A DNA stretch of 64,000 bases from the NCBI GenBank assembly GCA_964430885.1, contig CAYSHM010000005.1:32001-96000 (forward strand), given 5' to 3'. Under the pieces are notes generated by a model. The model saw only the letters and a program-made list of their open reading frames with translations. It did no database searches and had not been told where the DNA came from. Below, piece by piece: positions 9,701 to 18,100 of the stretch. How positions within the stretch are numbered: the stretch's first letter is position 1; each line of letters opens with the position of its first letter. A program made the position numbers and the translations under genes. The stretch comes from an uncultured archaeon (GTDB taxonomy: Archaea; Thermoplasmatota; Penumbrarchaeia; JASLWR01).

Positions 9701-12635
9701 CACTGACGCAAAGGAAAATGTCGAGCATTTCACATACGATGGATTGGGAAGGATGCTCAGTCATACAAATGCCGAAGGCAACACCTGGAACTGGAGCTAT
9801 GACCCCTTCGGAAATCTGCTCACCGAGACCGATCCCCTTGGCAACACTGATGAATACCAGTATGATGCCGCCCAGAACCTTATCATGGAGATAGATGCAC
9901 TGGGAAGGGAAACTGAATATGTCTATGACGAGGTTGAGAGGCTGACCAGCATAATAGACCCAATGGACAACAGCAAGGATTTCGAATATGATACAAATGA
10001 TAATATTATTTCAGTCACCGACGAGAAAGGAAATACGGAAACATATGCAATAGACACACAGGGAGCCATGCTGGAGATGACAACTGGTGAGGATAACACA
10101 TACGAATATGTAAGGGATGCCATGGGCAGGGTTCTGGAAGAGATCATGCCCGACGGACGGACCATTTTCTTCAAGTATGACAAGAGAGGCAATATTGTTG
10201 AAAAGATGGTACAGGGACCCGGAATAACCGGGAATGACAAGATCGCCTACACCTATGACGGTGAGGAGAATCTCCTGAGCGTTGTAAATGATTTCGGGGA
10301 AGGGGAAACTGTTACAATGCAGTATGATAAGCTGAACCGTGTGGAGCAGATAATACAGAACTGGAACCCGGTGGAGAGCGTTGTGGTGATGGAATACGAT
10401 GCGGTGGGGAACATAATAAGGGTATCGGATTCCACTGTAACAATGCATTATGAATATGATGAGAACAACATGCTCACCAAGATATTCGACGATTACGGCC
10501 ATGAAGTGGTCTATGAATATGATAAGATAAACAGAAGGACCAGAATAGATTACCCCAACAACATGGCCTCAATCCAGAGCTGGGACGACGCAAACAGAAT
10601 GACCCGAGTTCAGGCCGTGAATACCTGGGATAATGTGGCAAACAACCGGACAGTGGTTTACGATGCTGTGGGTAATATAATCAACGAGACCGAGAATGCA
10701 GGAGGTCAGGAATCCAGCTACTGGATGTCAACAGAGTACGATGATCTGGACAGAGCGGTTCAAACATCTATTAATTATACCGTCGGACCCTCGGTTGTGG
10801 AATATGTATATGATGCAGTCGGACTTCTTACGTCAACCATCCAGCATAACGATGATGGGCCTGACAAATATGTCAATCTCTCCTACGACAAGGAAAATAT
10901 GGCAGTGGGACGAGAGGCGACGGGTGAGGAGGACCAGGTTTTCGTGAGAGATGAATGCGGAAGGCTCCTGGAGACGAAGGAAGCTGTATCCGGAAAGGTC
11001 CTGGAATCCTTTGCATATGACGAATTCGGTCGGCTCTACGATATTTTCATAGAGGGGATGGGAAACCACACCTCAACACTGAGCGCTCTGGGTTGGAGAG
11101 TCAGGGACGTAAAGGATGACGAAACGGATAACTTCTACTATTATTTCAGCGGCATCCTAGGCTGGTTCACCAAGAGTGAATGGGGTGACTGGCAGGAGAA
11201 CTCTGCATGGACCAAATATCTCATTGACACAGCCCAGGGACTGAACAACGGCGAAGTTGTACAGTATAAATATTATCAGGACTACGAGAACGATCTGTGG
11301 AACGGTTACTACAGGTCCCTTGATTATGATGAGAACAGCAATGTGAGAACCTACTATCTCTTCAGTTCCGTGGACATGTTCCAGAGGATCCCCGCCGAGG
11401 ATTCAAGAAGCACAGGTCCATCAGCGAAGAGGCAGGTCAACTACGGTTTCTTCACCATGGACATAATTGTTCAGCCTTCAGGCTCCTCGGGTTCCCTGAT
11501 ACAGGTATCCATAAACGGACCGGGGGGCAGTATGATGAACTTTGCCTTTGAATCCGGATATGGATTCTTCGAGATGTGCATGGCTCTATTCTTCGGTGCT
11601 CTAGGCGAGGACATTTTCACTGAACCATGCTCACCTGGATATGAGTGGTACAAGCAGATAGAGACCCCTGAGGTGACCATAGCCGGAGAGAGATATACCC
11701 CAGAAGGAAAAATAAAGATCAAGGGGCCGCAGCCCAAGAAACAGAAGATCCCCCTGAAGAAGAACAATAAGAAGAAACAGAAAAAAATCGACCTTGTAGG
11801 GCTTCTGGACGATATTATGGACGACCTGATGAGCGAGCTGGCGGACCATTTCATAGATGAGTTCGTGGGCAATCTCATGGACAATCTGGCCAATTCGGTC
11901 CTTGACCACTTCTTTGGAAAGGCGGGGAAGGGTTTGGCGGACGATGCAAAGAAGATAGTGGGCTTCCTCATGGATGAGACTGGCATCAAGGACAAGGTCG
12001 CTGACCTCATAAAGGGAAGTGATATTGTAAAAGGGGCCATTGACAAGGGTAAACAGATGGCCAAGGATATTGTTCACGGAGCAATAGACGGGGCCATGAG
12101 GGCCATTGATGCCCAGCTAAACGCCCTGGCTGCTGCTATGATCAAAAGCTGTAAGATAGATATGGACAAGCTAAGGGCCCTGGCAGATGAACTGCTGGCC
12201 AAGCATGTTGACAAGCTCAAGGACAAGGTTGGAAAGCTAGCTGAAAAAGCTGCTGAAAAGATAGCCAACAGCAAGCCTGTCCAGAACGGCATAAAGAAGG
12301 TGGTGGGCAAGGTGAAGAAGGTTCTGGGCAAGATAGTTGGGAAAGCCTTGAAAAAGATAGCCAAGAAGGCCATTGCCGCCGGGGCCAAGTTCGTACCTGT
12401 GGTGGGTCAGATCATGCAGGCCTGGGATGTGGGCTGGGAGATAGGAACCAGCATAAGAGGCATCCCTCTGCCGGGAGGCGGGACGGTGGGTGAGGCCATA
12501 GATCAATGGGCAGTGGACGAGTTCACTGATGCAGCGGTGGTGGTGATGGACGAAGTTGAAGCTAATGGGGGTGGGGCCTCCGGACTGTTCTATACCTGGT
12601 GGGATAACTGGAAGATAGGGGTGGGGTTAAAATGA
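6738..12635 (+). CDS. Rhs/YD-repeat protein with N-terminal TM/signal, DUF6531-like domain and atypical helical C-terminal domain
   Basis: Basic N-terminus plus hydrophobic helix. DUF6531-like VNTANGNLF...LTFSRSYNS...GYGWTHSY at about 6981-7190. Dozens of YxYDxxGR/N..DPxG repeats at about 7300-11100. No intact DPxG-ending Rhs core. Confidence 0.9.
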   Translation: MASKKKHLKRFLKSKKSTLLKASVILITVIFLSLLIPEKVGIREYQSKIIRHRPDTRLDERTAEDPGNGGMLPYFHYVDSSVNTANGNLFISENDISRPSLPQALTFSRSYNSMNSLSTTSVGYGWTHSYNSYLMPEEGMVTLFREDGAVFSFNENGTEFDTPPGLDALLTKNGTNFLLMYKNGMTFTYDRNGVLRNLYDRSGNKQNLNYKDDVLTHVKDINEQSLEFSYDASSRLIKVSDGTRDVTFEYDGGGRLIKATDASGNSTNYYYGPNNQLKVREDRRGKAVYYEYDQDSRAYEIGKAEGDLLFKSQTSHYLKYSISYVESGAELTNAMGHVWNINLDTDGRISGITDPLGYGTTVTFDENWNVDSAEDQMGSTQHFEYDNYNNMVTWTDPLGNAKAYTYEMFTVDFYYCPPATMTDENGKTWTYSYNSQGRLLEDKDPSGNSTLYTWTENGLLESITYPTGARTDYEYDNSGNLISTAMPNGLLVDYSYDSLGRMIKQKKGNRVTTHSYDLNNRLYRTNYPDNSYEVYEYDALGTIIKKRDQNGGIHEYDHGEKEVIIEEVLNGTEIYNARVNKIGDIQKEQNANGDITSYYYDPMGRLTMIKYPDKTYDSFSYDGAGRMTSAKDQMGFTTTYEYDAIGRLETERNHLGSTVTYSYDAAGRMTGFNDLNGGQWTYEYDAVGNMIKETDPAGYSQNYTYDAVGNRISREDKNGNMWEMEYDGMNLMTEMNHPDGAVESWSYDLYGDVTEHVDADGERWEFEYDSMGNMIKEIDPLGNFKGYSYDRLGNMLSYRDERGNRIRYQYDDLGNMISITDPLGRITEYEYDGEGNIIEMERPDGEEFTFTYDSFGRVLSQKTPWRTLSYGYDAGGNLISKTDPCGNAVRMEYDHNGLILKYTDEEGYSSNYRYDSDGNLIRYDDRKEGIHWWEYTRDAVGRVTMVEDPAGNSWRYSYDGEGNIVRIVDAAGNPASYSYDHMGNILSHTDAKENVEHFTYDGLGRMLSHTNAEGNTWNWSYDPFGNLLTETDPLGNTDEYQYDAAQNLIMEIDALGRETEYVYDEVERLTSIIDPMDNSKDFEYDTNDNIISVTDEKGNTETYAIDTQGAMLEMTTGEDNTYEYVRDAMGRVLEEIMPDGRTIFFKYDKRGNIVEKMVQGPGITGNDKIAYTYDGEENLLSVVNDFGEGETVTMQYDKLNRVEQIIQNWNPVESVVVMEYDAVGNIIRVSDSTVTMHYEYDENNMLTKIFDDYGHEVVYEYDKINRRTRIDYPNNMASIQSWDDANRMTRVQAVNTWDNVANNRTVVYDAVGNIINETENAGGQESSYWMSTEYDDLDRAVQTSINYTVGPSVVEYVYDAVGLLTSTIQHNDDGPDKYVNLSYDKENMAVGREATGEEDQVFVRDECGRLLETKEAVSGKVLESFAYDEFGRLYDIFIEGMGNHTSTLSALGWRVRDVKDDETDNFYYYFSGILGWFTKSEWGDWQENSAWTKYLIDTAQGLNNGEVVQYKYYQDYENDLWNGYYRSLDYDENSNVRTYYLFSSVDMFQRIPAEDSRSTGPSAKRQVNYGFFTMDIIVQPSGSSGSLIQVSINGPGGSMMNFAFESGYGFFEMCMALFFGALGEDIFTEPCSPGYEWYKQIETPEVTIAGERYTPEGKIKIKGPQPKKQKIPLKKNNKKKQKKIDLVGLLDDIMDDLMSELADHFIDEFVGNLMDNLANSVLDHFFGKAGKGLADDAKKIVGFLMDETGIKDKVADLIKGSDIVKGAIDKGKQMAKDIVHGAIDGAMRAIDAQLNALAAAMIKSCKIDMDKLRALADELLAKHVDKLKDKVGKLAEKAAEKIANSKPVQNGIKKVVGKVKKVLGKIVGKALKKIAKKAIAAGAKFVPVVGQIMQAWDVGWEIGTSIRGIPLPGGGTVGEAIDQWAVDEFTDAAVVVMDEVEANGGGASGLFYTWWDNWKIGVGLK

Positions 12636-15187
12636 AGGAGGTGATGAAGATGAAGAATGCTAAAAATGGTATCCTGACACTTTTTATCGCCGGCCTAATG
12701 ATCATTTCTCTGTTCCCAATATTTTCCATAATGGGGCAGGCTCAAGCTAACCACGAGCTTCATCCAATGGTGAGGATGAAGAATGATATGCTCATGGTGG
12801 ATTATTGTCCCGAGGTATGCGGTATTGCCAATTTCAGCGATGATGCATCCATAGAAGGATGGAGATTGAATCCTGCAGTTAGGTACGATGCCGATCTCGA
12901 CGGCTCATTCTCCGATGAGGAGATCATGGCTTCAGTTATATTCCCATCGGTCAGTCACTCCCTGGGCAGCTACAGCCCCATGAACGAGAGCCTGCACGCC
13001 ACGGACCAGACACCTGGAATTATAGAAGAGAGTGGAAATTCCATGTCATACCGGTCCAAGGTATCTGCCAGGGACAACAGTGTTTATCTGGATACTACCA
13101 TTGATATGGGCCAGCACGCTGATTTCATAGTTGAGTTCAGTGTAAGGGCCGGTGTGGAGGATCTAGAGAATGTAAAACTCAACCTGTATCTGGGACTGGA
13201 TATTTCAAAATATCTGAACGATGACATAACCATCAACCCCGATGATGACTACATGATAAAGGCATTCGACCCCACCTCCGAGGTTTGGATGGGAGTCGTT
13301 CCCTCAAAAGCTCCTTCAGGATATGATATAGACGAATGGATCGATGGACCGGGGCCGGTGAGGGACATATGGGAGAGAACCATCCAGGGTGATCTTGGTA
13401 ATTCATCTTTCAGCCCCAAGAGTTTCGATACCGAGGCCGGATTGAGCATTCCCGTGGGCGACATATCTGCAGGAAGCTACTCCAATATCACGGTTCAGTT
13501 CTCATTTGCACTGACGGAAGCAGGACTCATAGGTTTTGGAGGCAATCATCCGCCTGCACTTGTGGATTTCCATCCCTCAGATGACGAGGTTACGGCCTAT
13601 GTGGACGAGAGTTTGGAATTCTCTGTAATGGTAGCAGATATGGATGAAGATCCCATCGATTATCAGTGGAAGGTGGACGGTGATATTGTCTCTTCATCAC
13701 CTTCATTCACCTATATGCCTACCGAAGATGACATCGGAACCCATGAGGTGATGCTGAGCGCAGGAGACGGAACTAGCAGTGTTAGCAGAAAATGGTCTGT
13801 TGAGGTAACTACTTCCAGCAGTATGAAACCCGGTATTGAGAGCCCCGATTATGGCACCTCCTTCATTGAGGGGACCGAAATATCCTTCAAGGGCTACGTG
13901 AACACACCCGGGTCATCTGATTTCAACGGAACTGTCACCTGGACCTCCGACATGGACGGTAATATCGGACAGGCCCTGGAATTCACCAGCGATAATCTCA
14001 GCAAGGGTCAGCACAGGATAACCCTGAAAGCGGACAATGGTCAGGAGAGCTCTGAATGCAGTATTCTCATAATAATTTACGGCTCCGAGGCAGATGTGGA
14101 CCCCCAGGCTGTGATCGCCGCTCCCCAGAACGGCAAGACATACCAGTATGGCGAGAGCATTGATTTCCAGGGTCACGGCACTCTGCCAGGTGTCGGGAAG
14201 TTCACAGTTGGACTGAAATGGACCTCTTCAATTGACGGACTTATTTCCAAGACCGATGCTTTCTCAGTATCAATATTGAGCCCGGGGAAGCATGAGATCA
14301 CATTGAATGTGACCGGGCCCACTGGAAAAAGCGCTTCGAACAGCATTCTGGTTGAGATAGTAGGCGGACCTGTTGCAGGCGGACATCCAACCTTCCTTTT
14401 ACTTGATGAGGATGGAAAGGCCGTTTCACAGGCTCTGGTCACTGCCGAAGTCGGAAACAAAACCTACGAAGCGGTAACAAACGAGGACGGCTATGCAGTA
14501 TTCGAGGATTTCCCCGGGCCCCAATTCCCGCCCGGAACTCTTTTCACTGCACAGAGAGGAGGATTCGAGGACATCAGCTGGAAGGCGGGCGAGAGCATAC
14601 CCCGGTTCGTTAAAAGCGCTGCGGAGGAGGAAGAAGGCGGCGGTATGACAATTTTTATTGTCATAATCATCATATGCATTGCCATCTTGATAATAGCTTT
14701 CCTGGTCCTTAAGAAGAGAGCCAAGGGGGGAGGTCAAGGGCAATTGGAAGTAATCGAAGAGGACATAGATGAGGAGATTGAAGATGCAGCAGAGGAAATA
14801 GAGGAGGAGGAAGTTGAAGCTGCAGAAGTGGAGGAAAGCGATGAGGAAATAGAGGACGAAGGTGCGGAGAAGGATGAATCGGAAGCAGAGGAAGTTGAAG
14901 CTGCAGAAGTGGAGGAAAGCGATGAGGAAATAGAGGACGAAGGTGCGGAGAAGGATGAATCGGAAGCAGAGGAAGTTGAAGAGGAAGATCCTGAAGATGG
15001 GAGGGGTGAGATCGAGGACGACAAAGGTGGCGAGGAAGTGCCAGTACCTTCACCTGATGAACCCGTGGTTCCGAAGAATATATCCTTACCGGCACCAGAC
15101 GGAGAGAAGAAGGACCTCAAAGCTCTCCCTGCACCCAAGGATAAACCGGTTCCAGCAGCTCCGAAGTCTGGGGAGGTGGCAAAATGA
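12632..15187 (+). CDS. Membrane-anchored surface protein with PKD/Ig-like domains and Glu-rich cytoplasmic tail
   Basis: Signal peptide. Repeated WTSDMDG/WTSSIDG..LSxGxHxITL Ig-like modules. TM (IFIVIIIICIAILIIAFLVL) followed by KKR. Start overlaps the Rhs stop codon. Confidence 0.82.
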   Translation: MKEVMKMKNAKNGILTLFIAGLMIISLFPIFSIMGQAQANHELHPMVRMKNDMLMVDYCPEVCGIANFSDDASIEGWRLNPAVRYDADLDGSFSDEEIMASVIFPSVSHSLGSYSPMNESLHATDQTPGIIEESGNSMSYRSKVSARDNSVYLDTTIDMGQHADFIVEFSVRAGVEDLENVKLNLYLGLDISKYLNDDITINPDDDYMIKAFDPTSEVWMGVVPSKAPSGYDIDEWIDGPGPVRDIWERTIQGDLGNSSFSPKSFDTEAGLSIPVGDISAGSYSNITVQFSFALTEAGLIGFGGNHPPALVDFHPSDDEVTAYVDESLEFSVMVADMDEDPIDYQWKVDGDIVSSSPSFTYMPTEDDIGTHEVMLSAGDGTSSVSRKWSVEVTTSSSMKPGIESPDYGTSFIEGTEISFKGYVNTPGSSDFNGTVTWTSDMDGNIGQALEFTSDNLSKGQHRITLKADNGQESSECSILIIIYGSEADVDPQAVIAAPQNGKTYQYGESIDFQGHGTLPGVGKFTVGLKWTSSIDGLISKTDAFSVSILSPGKHEITLNVTGPTGKSASNSILVEIVGGPVAGGHPTFLLLDEDGKAVSQALVTAEVGNKTYEAVTNEDGYAVFEDFPGPQFPPGTLFTAQRGGFEDISWKAGESIPRFVKSAAEEEEGGGMTIFIVIIIICIAILIIAFLVLKKRAKGGGQGQLEVIEEDIDEEIEDAAEEIEEEEVEAAEVEESDEEIEDEGAEKDESEAEEVEAAEVEESDEEIEDEGAEKDESEAEEVEEEDPEDGRGEIEDDKGGEEVPVPSPDEPVVPKNISLPAPDGEKKDLKALPAPKDKPVPAAPKSGEVAK
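14807..14981 (+). repeat. In-frame 81-bp tandem repeat (2 perfect copies plus 13 bp) encoding EEVEAAEVEESDEEIEDEGAEKDESEA
   Basis: GAGGAAGTTGAAG recurs at 14807, 14888 and 14969 with identical intervening sequence. Confidence 0.92.
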
Positions 15188-18100
15188 GACCGAACAAGGG
15201 AATAAAGAACCTTTTCAATATCAGTTTTATATCCATTGTGCTCTTGATCTCAGGTCTTGCAGTGGGATTATACCCCTTGATCTCTGAATTTGGGACTGCA
15301 GAGTTGGCCGATCCCGGAAACCTGGCACCGCATTCAGTTATTGACATCACGTCCGATGCTGGTTTCAACCAGTCCAACGGTGTAACCCATGGTGACGGCA
15401 GTCCCGGCAATCCCTACGTGATAGAGAATCTGAGCATAGATGCCGGAGGCGGAAATGGGATCAGTATATCCGCCACCTCTGCCAACTACGTGATCAGGAA
15501 CTGCCACGTCTACAATGCTACCGGATACGGAATCCATTTAATCCCCAGCTCTGGAAATGTATCGGTGATGAACTGCGATATAAACAACACCCAGGATCAG
15601 GCCCTGAGGATGATCGGTACAGTTGATAATTTCCTTATGGACAGGATAGATGTCTGGAACATTCATAACGGCGACGGGATATATATCAATCCCAACGCGG
15701 AAAAGGTGATGCTTGAGAACATAACCTCTACCAACACCAGCGGCGTAGCGTTCAATCTTCAGGGAAACGTGATGGAGTATTCAATGAAGAACATCAATAT
15801 ACACAACGTATCCAATGACAGAGGCATATATTCCTACAACTACGAGCAGAACGGAAAGTTTATTGTGAACAACATTACCATCAATAAAACCTCTTCAGAC
15901 GGGGCGTACCTGTATGTTGCCAACAAGGATTTTATCGGAGACAGAATAAATCTTCTCAACCTGCCCAGCGGGTGGGGATTCTACATCCAGGGTAATTGGG
16001 GAGAAGAGAGCGCAACCCTGTCCAATGTATATGTATACAATTTTACCAGCGGGGAATATGCAGTTTATGTGACTAGCTTTAGGAATGCACATATTGACAA
16101 CATGACAGTGATAGATATGGCAGAGATAGGCGCTTATGCCCTGAACATTTATGATATTGACAATGGAAATATCACAGTGAGGGATTTCTACGGGGACAAC
16201 TGTAGGGACGGATTAAGAATATATTACTGTGATAACGCCAATATAGACCTGAAAAGGATTGATATCACTGAAACATTCAGGGGATTCTATATCAACGACT
16301 GCGATGGGTCCCAGGTATTGTTCAACAATATAATGCTGACAGAATATTCCTATCATGGAATCGCGCTGAGCGGCATGGATGATGCAACCGTTACCGTGAT
16401 CAACAGTGAATTCGTGGGTGTAGGCGGTTTCAGCGGGGACGGAGCTATCAGTTCCAGCTTCGGCAATGATTATACAAACTACATCATCGACAACTTCACT
16501 GCCCGCGACCATTACTGGTACAGTATAGACCTCGACCTTGACCAGGGGTCCAACGTCAGCATTACCAATTCTACATTCCGCAACATAGGGTCATACGGCG
16601 GTATAAACATAGATGGTGACTACGATCCTTCCTATGTGAACTCCACCATATCCAACTGTCTTTTCGATACAATGAACACACCCATATATCTCAGGAACCA
16701 CATATCATCAGTCCATAATAATAAGATGGAAAATGTCGGGAGCGATGCCATGGAAGTGAACAAGATGGACGGGAGCGTTCTTTATGAGAACACCATTCAG
16801 AATGCTAGTAATAATTGGCAGGGAAGGGGAATTGAGGTTGTATCCACCGAGAACATCACTATCAAAGGTAATACAATACTTGATATGATTACCGGGATTA
16901 GAGTCTGGGAAGGTTGCAGGAACAATCGTATCTACAACAATGTATTCCTGGCCAACGAACTGAATGCCCAGGACCAAACCCTTGGAAACAACTCATGGAA
17001 CGCAACCTACGGGGAAGGAGGAGGGAACTACTGGGATAATTACACAGGTGTTGATGATTTCAGCGGCGAAGGGCAGAATGAAGCCGGTGCAGACGGCTTC
17101 GGTGACACACCATTCACTGAACTCCTGAATATTGTAGACAATTATCCACTCATGAACATACCCATATGGCTTGATACCTTCTACCCTGTGAGTGAGCTCA
17201 ATACCACCAATGATACCTATATCAAGTGGGAGAACGGCTCCTTTGTCATGTATTTTATTCCTGATGTGACAGTCTTCACCATCGAGGCAATGGATTACGG
17301 TTCGGGAGTGGAGCACATATGGTATTCATTGGACGGCCTGACCTATCAGGAATACAGTGGAGAATTCACACTGGAAGCTGGAGCTGAGAACCTGTATTTC
17401 AGAGCTGAGGATTTCAATAACAACAACGAGTCCCTGCACCACATGATCCTGAAAGGCGATGGGGATGAACCTATATTGGAACCTGCCTTGGGATTACCAA
17501 ATCACATGGACGGAGACGACATATTTGTGAGGAACAGTACCGAGATCAATTTCAAAGCAGTGGATGAAGGTGCAGGCCTTGACAGGATTGAGCACTCTCT
17601 TGATGGAGGGAGTACCTGGGTTGAATTCCCCGGTCTATTCTCCATCGAGAACAGTATTTCTGATTACATGATTCGTGCAGTTGACATGCTCGGACTGACG
17701 GCAGCCAAAACCTACCAGCTGGTTGTGGACAGTTCCAAACCTCTCACTGATATCGCTATAGATCATTATCTCGGAGAAGATCCCAGGTATGTGAGGAGCT
17801 ATGCTTTGGTAACTTTGGAGGCTGCTGATGACGGCCTATCGGGCAACGGTTCAGGCATAGGCAAGATATGGTATTCCCTGGACGGAGGGCAGAGATTCGA
17901 GACCTATAACGGAAGTTTCCATCTTCCTGCCTGGTGCCACCAGGTATACTACGGTGCTCTGGACAATGTGGGGAATAATGAAACAGGCAGCCTTCTGGAT
18001 GTATTCGTGGATAACGAGGACCCGGTAACCTCCATCCGCGCCCTTGGAGATTATTATCTGACGGAGAACAAGCTCTATATGACGGACAATGATACCCTGC

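Noticed and set aside
7300-11100. Repetitive DNA (TATGA.../GATCCC... recurrences) that might suggest a CRISPR array or tandem repeats
   Set aside because: These are degenerate protein-level YD repeats inside one open frame, with no constant repeat-spacer structure.
14709-15138. Ser-rich and Pro/Leu-rich antisense ORFs (also 318..791, 19378..19845, 39121..39625)
   Set aside because: Shadow ORFs of Glu/Asp-rich coding tracts on the opposite strand.
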